DNA of 34,283 nucleotides from Catajapyx aquilonaris. Lineage: Eukaryota. Shown in pieces: positions 17,992 to 32,700 of this stretch. The notes beneath the pieces are model-generated. The model did no database searches. It was given only the letters and a program-made list of their open reading frames with translations, and was not told the origin of the DNA. Each line of letters starts with the position of its first letter. The first letter of the stretch is position 1. Location: contig JYFJ02000239.1 of NCBI GenBank assembly GCA_000934665.2, positions 124,001-158,283 of the forward strand. The letters are read 5' to 3'. A program made the translations under genes and the position numbers.

Positions 17992-20900
17992 TCACTCGAG
18001 ATGCCTGTATTTGTGTGCGGACATCTGCGAGAGGCCGAGCACGGCATAATGGCACTTGAGGCAGTGGTAGTGGGTCTGTTTCTGGTTGTGTGCACAACCT
18101 TCTACGCTGCAGTTCTGGGATGGGGTGAACTTCTCGAAGCCTGCCGCCATGATGGAGTCCAGCTTCTGGTGTTGGCGACGGTGAGCCACCACCTTGTTAG
18201 TGTCTGTGCACACAAAGTCGCACTTGAGGCAGTGGAAATGGGATGCCTTGTTTTGCATTGTGCCTGGAAGGGACAAGAAAAAGGCTGGCATTATTGGCGT
18301 AGTTTGTCAAATCATGGCCAGCTCAGTATGTAAGGCTGCCGTTCACCATACATTTAAGTTGAAGAGTATAGAGACTTACCAAGCGTAGAAGTGTAGATGC
18401 AGTCAAATCTCCCACATGGCACGTTGGCTCTGAACTGCTGGAAATCACCACCCATGAGGGTGTCAAGTCTCTCATGCCTGGCGGTGTGTTGCACAAACCG
18501 CGTCTTGTCACAGAAGCTGTACCCGCAGTCCTTGCGGATGCAATGGAAGTGTGTCTGGTGCTCCCTGTACCCACAGTGGGGGTACTTGCAGTCCTCGTTG
18601 AAACGGAATCGGATGTATCCCTCAGGGACAGGCTCGTCCTTCAGGATACGCAAGCTGGACTGGATACGTGCCTTCTTCGCCTCTGGGCTCATGTCCAGTC
18701 CTCCGCAAACCATCCCCACCCTCTTGGTGCCTAGCATGGAAGGGGTTGTGGATGATGGGCCCTCCCCTTCAGTGCTAGGAGACATCTGGGTTGGACTCAG
18801 CTCTGGCTTCATAGCCCCAGGCATTCCCCCAGGCATTGCCACAGGCATGGACCCAGGCATGGCCCGGGCTAAGGTTGGGGTCGCAAACATCATCCCACTG
18901 GCGGTGGTGTACAGGGCGGGGATGCCATGCTGCATGAGGGGAATCCCTTGAGATGTCAGGAGGGCATAAGGGGAGTTGGCCAGCATCTCTGGGAAACCAG
19001 GAGGGTGTCCGCTGTGGGGCGGTAGTTGAGAGAGGGATGGGTGGTGCTGAAGGGACGGATGGGAAGTAGGGGGCAAGGGTAGCTGCATCTCACTCAGGTG
19101 GCGTGGCATCTCGTACTTCACTGTGGATGGGTGAGAACAAGGTAAAAATAAGACAAGGTTCCAGAAATATGGACCACTAATAAACGACAAAGGATGCCAC
19201 AGAAAATTTTTACAAATGCAAGAGTATATTATGCAAGTATGGAAAAAGTGTTTAAAATGGTAAATTATATGCTGCTTACTAGAAGTCATTATGTCTTGTG
19301 GACTGGATGAGTCTGAGCTCTCATCATGTGCATGCGAATCCGAAGGAGATCCCTTGTCTGATTCATCTTCCCCATCTCGTCGAGTACTGTTTGGGCTAAG
19401 AGCACCACTACTGTGCTTCTGAATATGAGGCCTCAGCTTATCCAACTCCGAGAAGGCCTGGAATTAAATAAACGTAATAATTAGTAAGTATGAACTACAC
19501 GCAATTTTTGTCAAAGGTCTAACTTGTTCAACCAACCTGATTGCAAGCATGGCAGTGATAATGGTCTTTCCTCTTAAGCTTGCAGAACGGCCTTCCACAT
19601 GACTGATCCGGACCGTACTTGGTTGGCCGATCTAGAAGAGACCAATCGAAGCGGCTCATTTCGGGGCTAGGCTGCTGCAGAAGTTTGGTCAGAGCATGTT
19701 GGTCCCCTCCCATCATGGCCTCCATTACAGACGCATCTAACAAGAAAGGCAACAATGTAGAAATCCTCTTGGAGAGTAATTTAAAGTCTCTCGAGTTACA
19801 CAGAGCTATTTGCAACGAATTGTCCCCATTCCCAAATTTATAAATTCTGTAGGTGTTGGATATTTCTACAATATTATTGTGCTCTAGAACCATTTTGTCG
19901 CTGCCCCTGGATTAGTACGACAGACCCTACCTCACAAACTTGGTTACAAGACACATTGCACACACATTGTTGTGGTGTCATCATCACAACCCATGCACTG
20001 ATACATTTTTAACATAGAGAAAGTATATAAAAAAAATCACACACACATAAAGAAAAAAAAAACCAACTAAACATGAATATAATCCGAAGGCACCTTATGA
20101 TTGTGATTGAAAGTAAATTAATTTTTGTCCACGGGTAACTCACTTTGCTTATAGTCATCGGCTCCGTTCTGATCCACGATCCCACCTGGCTTATTGGGGG
20201 AAGAAGGGTTTGAAGAGATGGGGGACGTGGCTGTAGAGGTGGTATTGGACTCACACTTCACCACCTTGCCCTGGGGCAATGAGGTAGGGAACGCTGAGAG
20301 AGGATAGTAAGTGCCTGCTGCCTTCACAACTGCAAGAGGGATAGAGATAACGGGAGCTCCGTCAGCAAGCAGGTTGGAAAGCAACAGATTCATGCTATTT
20401 TTTTATTTATTTTTTTTCCTTTTCAATTGTCTTGTTCTGTTCGATCACTTTGCCTCACAAAAAGGATTAGTTTAAGATTTTTTTCTTTGAGTGCATTCCC
20501 ATGCAACAGGTTCTGAGTCTGATTTGCATTCTTTTAATGTTATTTTCAAAAAAGGTGTCTTGCAGATCATACTTCATGTACAGGCCAGTGTTGCAACATT
20601 CTGCAGAATTACGTTTTGTTAGGTGGTTTAGTCATACACATGTGAAAAATATCACCAGCCTCTCCCCAAAAAACCGCCTGTGTCTGCAATGTGTTCAGCC
20701 TAAGTGATATAGACGCCCCCCTTCCAGACCCTGTCCAAGTAAGTCACCCCTACCTGTAATCTTGGGTGGTGTGTCCGAAGACGGTGGAGGTGCAGGGGAA
20801 TGAGAGGACCTCGGACTGCTGCCATCATCCCGCTGCCTCCCCGACTCAGTAGTGGTGGTAGTGGTGGTGGCCGATGCTGAAGAGGATTCTGAAGTTGGCT

Positions 20901-23900
20901 GATGATGCTCCCCTCCTTCCTCTGCACTATCTTTGCTGTGAGTCTGCTCGTGAACAGCCATGGTGGAGTATCGCACAAAGGTAAAGCCACAGTTTGGACG
21001 TGTGCAGTGGAAATGACGGTTCACTTTATTGCTGGAAAGGAAGACAAGTGTGTGTTAGTTTATAAATACTGAGCAATCCGTTAAATACGTGGTCTAAAAG
21101 CAAATTACTGTATCAGAATTTCAGTTTTCTACCAGTCATGTTTACCTGGGACAAGCAGGGTGACGACAGTCGATGGTGCGGTCGAAGAAAACAAAACCTT
21201 CCATGATGTCGATATTGTCGTGGAAATCCTTGGAGTGCATTATAAGCATTTCCTCCTTATCCGTGACATAGAAGCACCTTGGCTGGCTGCAGTGAAAATG
21301 CTGCTTCCCGTATGATGGGCAGAGCAGGTCGGGACATGGGCTTCCATTGGCAAATACGTAGAAGCCCTCCTGCACCTCCGTCTTGGTATTCGAAGCCTCA
21401 CTAGACTCCCCACTGGCAGCCAGGTGCTGCGCCATCAGGTGGGGCGGAATGGTCATCATGGGCTTCATTCCCAAGGGACTGTGTGACGGGGAGGACCCAG
21501 GCATGGCCTCCTCTGCTGACTGCATGGCCGTCGGGGTGGCCATCAACCCTTGCCCGGAAGTGGGGCAGGCCATGGGCATCATTGGCTTGGGGAGCTTGAA
21601 GCTGGTGAAGATGGCCTGAGGCATGTCTGGCAGGCCGTGACTAGCAGACATTGGGAACTAGAAGGAAGACAAAACCATGAATAAAATTTTGGAAGTCAGC
21701 AGTTAAGACATTATTATTCTGGGTTTATGTTCAGTGCAGGGTACAGCTTCCAAGTCACAAGCAAAGCATTTGAAGTGTTAAAACATGCAAAAAGCCAATA
21801 AAAGGGTGAGTTTTCTGCTATGTAAAACATGTCCAAAGAAAAAATTATTCATGACTACAGATTGTCATTGAACACTTTACACTTTTCTACAAAGATGTTC
21901 TCAATTATTTTATTGACTTGCAAGATGTGCCCCACGTCCTCTAAGAGTGTTTCTGGGAGTTAGCTCTGTTTATTTTTGTCTTAAAATTGCTGAATATGTT
22001 ATGTCAAGGGTGAAAATAGGAGAATAATAACTCCCAGATACAAGAAAATATAACTTACATAATCGTTCCAGACCTGAAATTGAAAAAAGTTTGGGAATTT
22101 GTACTACACTTAAACAATGGCCCTCCAAATGAACTTAGACAGTGAAAATCATTGCCACAGCAGCAATACATTACAATGACATAAATGTTGCCATGTGCTC
22201 ACCTCAATAACTCTGTTTTTAGGTGGGCGACCCCGCTTCCTCTTGAACAGTCCGTCGATGGAAGTAGTCAGGGTCATGGTCATTGGATCCTTGGACATGT
22301 TGAGCTTCCGGGAATATTCATGCATTTTGTAGTGGTCGAGACGGCGGAAAGGCTTGTCCGTGGGCATAATCACCTCACGACAATTATCCTGTGACAAAAT
22401 ATGTGGTACATTTTAAACACATATCCACAGCACAGAGTAGAATATTGTTTTAATTAATTTGCATAACTTACCCAAGTACAGTGGTAATGCTTGAGTCTGT
22501 TCTGATGTATACACTCGGTAGGACATTGACAAGGCTCCTGACCTGCCTCCGTGACATAATAGAAGGAGGCCGTCACCTGCTCCTGCTGCTCATGGTTTCT
22601 CGCATGTTCCCTCACCCCATCCTTGGACCGGAAGGCCATGTCGCACCCCTCGGCATAGCAGTGGTAGTGGTCCTTGTACTGGAACTCACACTCTGGCTTG
22701 CACTTGTCATGGGGTGCGAACCGGGTCAGGTACTTCTTCCAAATCTCCTCCTGTTGGGCTTTCAGCATGTCATTGGTCAGATCCATCGCGGCCAAGTTTT
22801 CTGCCGTTAGCAATGAGGGAGGGACTGCTGTTGGGGGCATGGCGTACTGCAGGACACCGGAAGGATCAAGTCCAGTCATGAGGGACGCAAACCCGGCATA
22901 AGGATTGACTTGTCGCTTGGTGGCAGGGAGGGGACTGGTGGTGCTGGGGTTGTCCATGGGGAGGCCGTTTGTGCAGGGGATGGCCGGAGGGGGCTGCTGG
23001 TCCAAGTCCTTGGTCTCCGCCGATGTGGTACCAACTGAGGAGGATGACGACATGGACGAGGACGACATCACTCCAACAGGGCCCTGGATCACTGACGTTT
23101 GGATGGCAGATGGCTCATGCTGTGACAACTGCAGAGAAGGGACATGCAATATAGTTATCTATATATCGCTCGACTGAGGACCAAGTACAGTACTTTTCCT
23201 TATGGGATTTTCCAGCCTGTGCAATAATTCTAGCTATTGGTACGGCTAATCTACTCTTGGTACTGATAATGGAGGTAACAAGAAATGCAAGGTGGATCAA
23301 AAGTTACCTGATCAGTGATGTGGTGCATGGCGACAGGGCTTATGCTGAGAGAGTGCCCATCGCCCATGGTCTTCATCATACTCTGAGCCAGCTTGAACTT
23401 TCGGTAGGCCAACTCATTGTCTTTCCTCTCATGTTTCCTTTTGTGAGAGTACAGCTGCCCACTAGAGTGCAACACGTAGCTGCAACCCGGACGGATGCAG
23501 TGGATGTGGTTGCACACCCTGGAGAATCTGCAGTTTTCAAAGCAGCAGTACTCGTGCTTCATAAACTTCTTGAAGCCATCCTTGATCAGCTGCTCATCCT
23601 TGATGTGGTATGACTTATGCTTCTCCATGTCTGCCTTGTTCTTGAACGTATACTTGCAGCCTGGCCTCCTACAGTGAAAATGTGTGGTTCGCTGGCCAAA
23701 GAAGGAGCAGTAGGCCGCAGAACAGTCCTCGGTGGCCCTGAACCTCTGGAACCCTTCTTGTATGATGGCCGAATCCTTCCGGTGGTAGTTGGCATGCATC
23801 TGCACATCTGATGTGCTAATGTACACCTTATCACAGCCCTCCTGCAAGAACGCAATAAGTCACACCACTCTCCAATTGGTAAGCAACTACAGACTAACCT

Positions 23901-25566
23901 GAAGGCAGTGGTAGTGAGTCTGCTTGCGGTTATGGTTGCAATTTCGGAAACGGTCCAAGCAGTCATCCATAGGTGAATAGCGCATGAATCCATGCTGCAG
24001 CGACTCATCCCTCTTCTTGTGCCACTTGAAATGACGTATCATCTCCTCCTTCTTGATGAATACCCTGGAGTTGCAGTCCAGACAGTGGAAATGCTCTCTG
24101 CAAACAATTCCAAATATTAGTCATAATTTCATTTAGCATCCAATAGTACTCTAGTATGTGATGGAGCAACTTTTCTGTTTGAACCTTGTTTCAAACCTCG
24201 CGCTGCTATGTGCTATCCAACCTCCATCTAGTGCAATCCTCTCCAATTTCAGCACAATTCTGCACTCTGGCGCAATCTGCACGCGAAAAACCGTAACTTC
24301 CAAAAATCCGCGAATCTACAAGTACGAAATGTTGATTTATCGCAATTGGCACTTTTTTACCGCACATAGCACCGCAATGCTCAAAACTGAGAAAAATAGC
24401 AGTCAGACAACTTGACTGCGAAAAAACAAAAACACCTGAAGATTTAAACAATATAAAAAAATGGACTGACTAGTTTGGTCAGGAAGATTGAAAGCTTTTA
24501 GGTATTAAAGTGGGAGGGATAAGAAGGCGGCGAGGCTATAAACATTTTATCCCGTTGCGCCGGGCCTGGAGATGAATCTTCCTTCCATGTTGTCAATTTA
24601 CCTGGGGAAATCTCTTGCACGCAAAAACCCTCAAGACCAGTAGCCGGAATACACGCACCCCCCCTCTCTCCATCTCAACCCTCTAAAAAAAATACATATG
24701 CGTGTGCGTAATTGAAACGTTAAATCATCCTAATGCGGCGGATCTGCCTTAGATACTATCTTCAAAAAAAAAAAAAGGTGGGATCCATTTTTTTCTCTCT
24801 TTCTCTGCTCGATAACCTCTCATTAGCAGGCAGTAGAAACCGGGAATATTCGCAATTCAGCAGCTAGAATTTACGTCTCATTAGCAATCATTGCAATGAG
24901 GAATAAGCTGATTTCTTGCAGGAGAATTATTCAGTGAACTTGGCTCAGGAGGTCACCCAGAAAAATCGTGATATATCGATATGTATCAATTAGGGCCGTT
25001 TAAAAATTATGGCGGAATTCCTGCGAGTAATAAAGTTTTTAAAAAAATATTAGTAACCAAATTGACGTCATTCAATGACAGGCTGGTTTAGCAACAAAAG
25101 TACCGTAACAATGCTTCTGCCATAATAATTTTTTGCAGTAACAAAAAAAATGGCTGCCGAGCTACGCCGTCATAATAATTTCCAGTGCACCCCCCATCCA
25201 CTTGGCTCTCTCACCCCATCACCATAAAAGCCATGTAGACGACCATCCTTATGCACTTTACATGTAGCCGGGCCTTTTGACGGTGTCGTAAAGAGCCGCG
25301 GGGAGTCACCCAGCTCGGGGGTTCCTGCCAGGCGAACCCGCAAAAGAATAGGAAGTATCCGCCACCAGAAATATATACCGGTCAGCACAATTACCTGTAA
25401 TTCAGATCCTTGCAGTAGGCGCTGCCACATTCGGCCGCATTGGCGAATCTCTTCACATATCGGGTGTAGTCGATGGGCGCCTGCTTCGAAGGGTCACGAC
25501 CTGTGCCGAGCGAGGGTCCCAGGGAGGTCAGGCTGCCCACGGAGAGGTGACTCGGTGTGGGCACTC
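17992..25566 (-). CDS. CASZ1: Zinc finger protein castor homolog, 5'-partial, ~1370 aa in 12 exons: 25566..25395, 24097..23899, 23841..23308, 23128..22472, 22388..22203, 21657..21146, 21031..20754, 20329..20144, 19736..19537, 19457..19280, 19120..18380, 18263..17992
   Basis: All 11 introns are GT-AG with matching phases. Diagnostic Castor sequences include [74 protein letters not shown] and [24 protein letters not shown]. Stop TGA at 17994-17992. The first visible exon begins at a phase-1 acceptor, so the start codon lies further right. Confidence 0.95.
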
Positions 25567-26200
25567 CTGGAAAAAAGAAGACATTGTGCTTATAGTATGG
25601 GCGCAAATACCGTTGTAAACTGAGAAAACATTTCCGGGATAATTTGACCAAAATATTGCCACATTGCACCTATACTATCCTTACTCGCTACGCTACGCTC
25701 GGCGGTGGGGCTTCGCACCCCCCTCCCCCACGTTGGGCTTCGCACCCTTTGCGAGTATATCCGTATTAATTTTTATAAAAATAAAAATATGGGCATTTTG
25801 CCCTAAACTGCGCAATTTCACGCACGGTATCACGTTTTCGTGAGTGTTTTCGTCCAATTTTTCAGTGACGCTTGTTGAGCCCCCCCAAACAAAAGCTGTT
25901 CTCATTAATAATAACTAAAAAAACCGATCCAGACTGGTACTAATCCTAATCCGATATCCCTGGCAGCCAAATCCGAGCGACTGGATTCTGCCGGCTCTCT
26001 CTTATTAAAATCCTCGGCAAGAAAACAACCGACCAGCTTCTTATTTACTAATCAGCGGGTTGGGGTCGAGGTGAAACGGCGGAGAAAATGAATTCGCGGA
26101 ATGGCCTTATTTTCGCCATGTCATGATCGACGATTCATATCTCCTCCCATTTTTCTCTCTTGAAGAAACAGGATTGGTGAATTGGCTCCAAAAAATATTT

Positions 26201-26228
26201 GGAGGTGGGTGGGGGGGGGGGGGGGGGG
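26201..26228 (+). repeat. G-rich tract with G18 homopolymer
   Basis: ggaggtgggt followed by 18 G. Confidence 0.85.
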
Positions 26229-26666
26229 TTGCATTGTAGCGCGAAGCTGCCGTTCCACCACTCCGGATATTTGAATACCCAGAATAGGGGCNTTTTTTTT
26301 CAACCCAATCTTTTCTTACATAGTCGCACATTCACGAACTAATCAAAGCCCATTATTCATGCCCGCCTTGTATAGTAAAAATAGTCCTGCTTTTAATGTG
26401 GCCTTCACATGTTTATTCCTTACTTTTTTTTATAATTCGCCAGAAGCCATACAGAGCACAGCTATTGCAAATGGGTTGAAAAAAAAAATTGGCTGGCTAA
26501 GTACCACGCCACAAATCAACGTCAAGGGGAAACACCACACCTCTCCTGAGGAAATAAGGCCGCATTTGAATCATTCCTGGGCGCAAATCGCCATACACAA
26601 ATGAGTATTCAAGTCCTCCATAAAACATGGGATCTGCATAACGAGTTTTTCGGAGTGCAGTGTATC

Positions 26667-26672
<6 letters not shown>

Positions 26673-26710
<38 letters not shown>
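26673..26710. repeat. (GA)19 microsatellite
   Basis: Perfect GA dinucleotide run. Confidence 0.95.
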
Positions 26711-26711
<1 letters not shown>

Positions 26712-29700
26712 GGATTAATCGGGGCGAAAAATCTTTCAATCCCCAAGGTTTTCTCGGATGACCGACGACCAACACTAGGGATCTAATGACCTCTACCTGC
26801 CGTCTAACTGCTAATTTGTAATTTTCTGCTTGACTGCTGGCACCCTTGTCTTGCGGGGTCACGCCCTGACAATCGGGCGGGGGTTTGACTTCATTTTAGC
26901 TCAAAAGGTGCGCACACTTCTAGTTAAAAATTGTAAAAAAAAAATTTACTTATGACATTTTGCAAGAATTGGCAACCATTCGCTTAAGGGAAATTTTTCA
27001 TCTCGTTTACGTGAGCTCGTAAAAATTTATCAATCGATTTGAGTAATATTTTACTCTGACGGTGAAATTGTTTCAGGAAGTCATTACGCCAATTGGGAGA
27101 AATTTTCACTGAAAACGAGTGGCCTAATAGATTTCACTGTATAGGCAATACTGTACGTTCATACCAGTCCAGTGAATATTACTTGCCTGCACAATTTTTT
27201 GTGAATTAAGCTTATACTAAAAGCAGATATTGGGATGTCTGTCACATGTCTTCGGATGAACCGGAACATTTTGCTTCGTCGTTTTTGTGGTTTCGTCACA
27301 AGTTTGCGTTATACATTACAGTCAGCACATAATGGGAGGCATCTCATGGACAAGAATCAAGAAATTCAAAAGAGTAAAAAAAACCACTCATATTGAGCAT
27401 AGCAAGGCCGAATTTTTTTCATACCACAGATCTGGGTTGCGCTCAAAAATTGGCATTGGTATATATCCCAGTAGCAGCTAATCCAGCCGTGATATGATTG
27501 CTCAAAATATACAGTACGAGGCTTATTACAAAACGAGTGAACGGAAGGGAAGTTAACTAAGCATTTCCTGCTCTCCTTGACTTTTCCTCCCTGTTTTTCT
27601 TCTCAGTTTTGCCCCTCTTTTAAAAATCTGTCTATGTCAAGAACTCCCTGGTAAGGAAGATGCTGCTTTCAATGGTCCGAAAAAGAGTGTGAAAGAGTGA
27701 TGGAACCAGCATGTGCCCAACCCAGTTTCCTTGACCGCTTTTCATCTCCCTCTTTCTGATTGCCTTACTATTATTCTTTCCTCCTCATGCCCCCATTTCC
27801 TTTTTCCTCCTCAGCTGCCTCTGAATTTTATTAGCCCAAGGCCCTCCATACGTCACGCTGGGAGCTGTCTTCCCGCCAAAATAATTTTTGGCACAAATCG
27901 AACAAGTCCTGCGAGACCAGCCATTTTTTTCCCCTCCTCTCTCTGAAACTGTTCATTGGTGTGTCAACCCTTTGGATATGACGATGATGATCGAGTCGAT
28001 TTTCAAAACGGGCTCGGAACACGCAGAAGAAATGTCGTCTCCCGAGGGAGAGTTGGTCAAGAAAAAGGGGCAAAATGGGGCCTCCCACTGTTCCTCCATG
28101 TTTAAACTCCATGCATTTTGCAGGGCTTTATTACTTCGGTGCTGACGTCGAGGCCCGAAGAGGAAAAGCGAGCCCTAGGGAGCTTCCAGGGAAACAGTTA
28201 ATCCCAAATTCCATTATTATATGGGGAATGGACTTGGGGAGAGTTTCGGGCTGATAACTGCAGGAAACGGGCCAAAAAGAGCCCACCCACAACCCACTGG
28301 ATGGTTAGAAAAAGAATGAGAGTATATATAAAAAAATCTGATGGAAAGAATATATACGAATCGATTCGAGTTCGATCCGCTTCCAATTTAGGAATCCGCT
28401 GATCTTTATTCCCGATCTCATTTCGTACTTGTGTTGTGCTGTCCCGACTTCCTTTCCAAATGGACTTTGGTCCCTTTGCCAAATTTGAGACTCATCCAGG
28501 ATATCGGACCTCCAGAATAATCATCCAGGAAAGCCTGATAAGACCACTGTTGTCATGCTGCAAAATACTCCACTAACATGGCTAATCTACAGGATATATT
28601 TGAGCAAAAATACGAATTTTGTGCAATATTCATAATCAGACATTTGCATTTTTATTACGCCTGTCGATTTGATTGCAATTTTTACCTCGCTAAAAATTAT
28701 TCATACTGACCTCAAGATTCTGACATTTCGCACGACCAAACGGAAGATTTTTAGGAGCACTGGTCAAACGGCGTTACCATGCAAAAATAATCCAAACGTG
28801 CACGCGATTTTCCCGGACTATTACCCAGATAATAAATATTTTGTAGAGTCTGGATCCACTTTTGGGGTTCCATTGCTTCACTGCGACTCCAAATCTGCAC
28901 CTGCGTCACCAACTTTTTTTTTTTCCTCCACGTGTAACAGGTCATCCACACGCGGAAGGGGAACCCTTTTTAAGACGGAAATGATTTGACTTATAGAAGC
29001 TTCCCCAGCTCTATTTTGACCCTGATTGAATCGCCACTTTTTCCATATAAGATACGACGTAATTCGCAAATCTATGGCACGTGGAAGCCATTTTATCACT
29101 GAGATCATAGTTGAGATGTTTAAATGAGCGGTTCTATTAGTCCAGGGGAAAAATTTCCCCCCCTCTGTTTTATCTCATAGAGGGCCAATGCAGGTCAGCA
29201 TATTTATGACAGAATGCCAGCTATTTTCCACTCCCCGAGCCCGTGATGGGCATTCCAGCATGCAAAAACTGGGCCTGGGTTTTCTAGAGAGTGCACAAAG
29301 TGTGCGGAAGCGCCATCAAGAGTGGTGTATATATGTATGCCGAATCAGGCTCTTGATTTACCGCCGGTTCTAATCGCTCTCCACCAAAAAGCTTATGGGT
29401 CTAAAAAGGCATGGGTTACAAGAGAGGGTGGAGGGGTGCATAACTTGGGACAAGCTTCTGGCCAAACCATTACAGGGTTAGAAAAATGGCCTTGCCTTTT
29501 GCTGGTCCCACGCCCTTTTTCAAGCCCGTAAAAAACAGACTTCCAATTTTTTTTTCTTTCAAAGTAGACTACTTGAGATACGACCACTGGAGCGTAATCT
29601 AATGGAGACATGTTAAAAATCAGTTGATAGGTGTGGAGGGTTGTCAGTCAAGTTTGGACATTTGGCACTTGGTTGCAGCTCCTGGCATCAATGGGAGGAT

Positions 29701-32700
29701 TGGCGATTCTGTGCAGTGGCATTGGGGGCAGGGGCAATTGCCCTGGTTGAATGGGATTGAGTGGGTGGGTTGAAGGCCTGGAAGTCTTGAGAGAGGTTGA
29801 AAGGAGGAGATACAAATAGCCAGGGCCTCTAAGGAACGCCTGTTGGTGAAATCTCGGTACAATGTTTGGAATGTGTGGGATCATATGGCACGTTTTCCAA
29901 CAGATTTTTAGGCGAATTTCCGCGAGAATTCACACTCTACGTCCAATGAAGAACCTGCGACCGTCCCCAAAATATTTCACGACTTCACGGACCATCGAAT
30001 CGGCTGTGACTTCACCGCCTTTGTTACATTCAGCAGACCTCCAGACCCATGTTGTGACACCAAAAACGCGACAGACTGCTACACTACGCGACGGAAACAA
30101 ACGATGTATCGCGACGCTGAGTCACACAACAGGAAACAATGTGTCTCTTTCAGCAACAAAAGCCACCTTCCACTATAAGTAAGCTCTCAGGCTGAGCAAA
30201 ACATTTAAAGGTTTCTGTGACACAGTGGTAAATGGGACCCTATCCACTCTGGAAGCAGTGGCCAGGAGCCAAGCCAGACTGCACGGCTTCCCAGTTTAGC
30301 GACAAACGGTGGACAACCGGGTCACAATTTTTTAAAGGCCAAGTGTGAGCAGGTACACCCTTATCCCAACAGCAATCCCCACCCTTCGTCTCATTAAATA
30401 ATAATGTGAGATATTTGGCTTTCATGCACGAGAGCAGTTTTCAAAGGCAACCCCCCCGCTTCCCTTATTTTATGTATGACAGACATGAATGGAATGTCAG
30501 AAGTAATAGAAGACAAAGGAAGGGAAACCTGCTTAATTAATGCGAATGGGCCGTAATCAAGATGAATTGAAATAATGCCTCTCTACTGTATAGGTAATCT
30601 TCCTGTCCCCTACATCGTCCCCAATCTTTTGTGCGGGCTCGAACGCGCAATTAACACAATTGCATAAACACGAAGCCTTAATTCTCGGAGGGGTAGTTTA
30701 TTTTCGCATGCGTTGTGTGTAATGAACGTGTCGATACCGGGTAACATCCGCAGCTGGGGAACCCTCTCCGGAAAACAAATCGAATTCAACTAGTCGATAA
30801 CCCCTTTTGCTTGCCAGAAAAAAAACTAGTTTTGCATTTTTAACTCATACACATGCTCATATATCTCTGGTGTCAAGTTTTGGCCGTTTTATATCGCAGG
30901 TTTTTTATTATTATATTATTCTCCACATGAAAAGAGAGAGGGGGGCATTCCATCTTGTTGCACTGAATGAATGCTGCCCACTTTCATGTCGACCTCACTA
31001 GAATTCGAAGAAAAGTTTGCGGGTCTCACACCTGGACTATGTGGGAGTGTCTGTGAAAAAAAAGCACAATCTATTGGACACCTCGACATCTTGGCACATT
31101 TCTCCCCCCTCCCCCCTCTCTTTTCTACAAGACCTCTCCTTTCAGGTCACGGATATTGTCCAATTTCCATTCGGCCCTCCCCAAATATGACACCGCGACA
31201 ATGGGCTAACGTTTCCCGCAAAACTTAATCCTAACCCTCAAGCCTTCCGCTCCAGAAATAGGTTCGTTTTTTCCCAATTTTTTTTGAAAAAGCACCCTAG
31301 GGTGGGGAGACCCACAAGGTCGGTTTAATTTATATGAAAATGATCGGTGCTCTAAATTGAACCCACGATCCGGAAATAAATTGCCATTTTCATGCAACCC
31401 GGAATAAACATGGGGTTAGGGTTGTTTTCAGGAACGAACCGCATGGAATAAAAGGAAGAAAGAGCTTTTAACACACACACATAAAAAACGGTTAAAAGCC
31501 CCCCCTTTCTTTTTTTATTTACACCACTAAAAAAAATTTGGTGGGAAAAATATATATTGGGGATGTACTTTGCACTTTCCCCACGACCAGGATTTGGGTG
31601 GAAGGGAAGTGAAAAAAAGGGGTAAAACTCCGGAGATTTCCGGGGATGAAAGGGGGCAAAATATGGAAGGGTTGTGCACACCCCCTTCACCCTCAAACCC
31701 TCCTCCTCCGGTGCTCGGTTTCAATTTTCTAAAGCTTGGGGATAAAAACCACGGTTCCTATAGTCCTAGATGGTCAGAAGGATAAAGCAATTCCTACCAG
31801 AATAGAGAAGGGGGTTATGGCAAAAAGGTTTCAAAAAAAAAAGTATAAGACGCCTAGAATAAAAGAAGGGAAAAGAGGTTTTTGGGATGTGACCACCCGA
31901 AATGGGAGGTCACATTTCTTTCACCTCCCCCGACCCCTCTTTTTTGGGGGAGCCCCAAGAGGAAAGGGGGTACTTCCTCGACTTTTCTGCTCTCATCTCC
32001 TAGGCGTCAGCTGGCTTGAAGACTCAATGGCAAGAGGAGGAGCAGACATTTCATGCTCTCTGGTTACATTTTGTCCCTAGTGTTTACCCTTCCCTTCCCC
32101 AAAAATCGGAAAAAGGAGAGATAACGTTCCCCTCCCAACTTCTTCAAACCCAGACCGTTATAGAAGGATTTTTTTTTTTCTCACACTCGAGCATACACGT
32201 ATAAGCTGGGATGTTTTTTAGAGATGTTACCAGACTCTGACGGATATATCCTCGATTTCCCCCGGACCTCCAAGCCTTTCATAACCAAAATGGAAGAAAA
32301 CGGTTTTTTAAGTTCAACAGTTCTCGAGTTGGAGATTTTCCTTTTTTGGAGAGTTTCCCGTTACGAGAGGAGGGATCCACCCTTTCTATTTTTTTTTTTT
32401 ACTTCTTGTATATTTTTTTATACGCAAGCTTTCAAGCACAATGGGGAGATTATCAACTGACTAGCAGCTGACAAAAGCTGGAATTGTGTCCGACCCTGTT
32501 GTGCGTTCACACATTGTCAACTGTACCGTTTGATATCTCTAAAACCGCATACCACCGGATCCAATTTCAAATTTTTACGCTTATCTTAATCCAGCATTCA
32601 CATCTCACTAAAAATTTAAATGTTTATTATTTTGTCGCTATATTATTTATTTGATCGTTGTATTCATTATTTCTTGATTGGTGAGTTATGCATTTACTTA

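Noticed and set aside
18001..23811. Plus-strand ORFs over castor exons (e.g. 18397..18951, 22481..22810, 23257..23613)
   Set aside because: They are antisense shadows of GC-richer coding exons.
26292..26292. Single N base
   Set aside because: An assembly ambiguity with no biological meaning. It does warrant caution about the adjacent homopolymers.
27713..30182. Possible extra castor exons or nested genes (ORFs at 27888..28145, 29644..29884, 29862..30182)
   Set aside because: No recognisable domain, and no convincing phase-compatible splice pair. A short divergent exon cannot be excluded.
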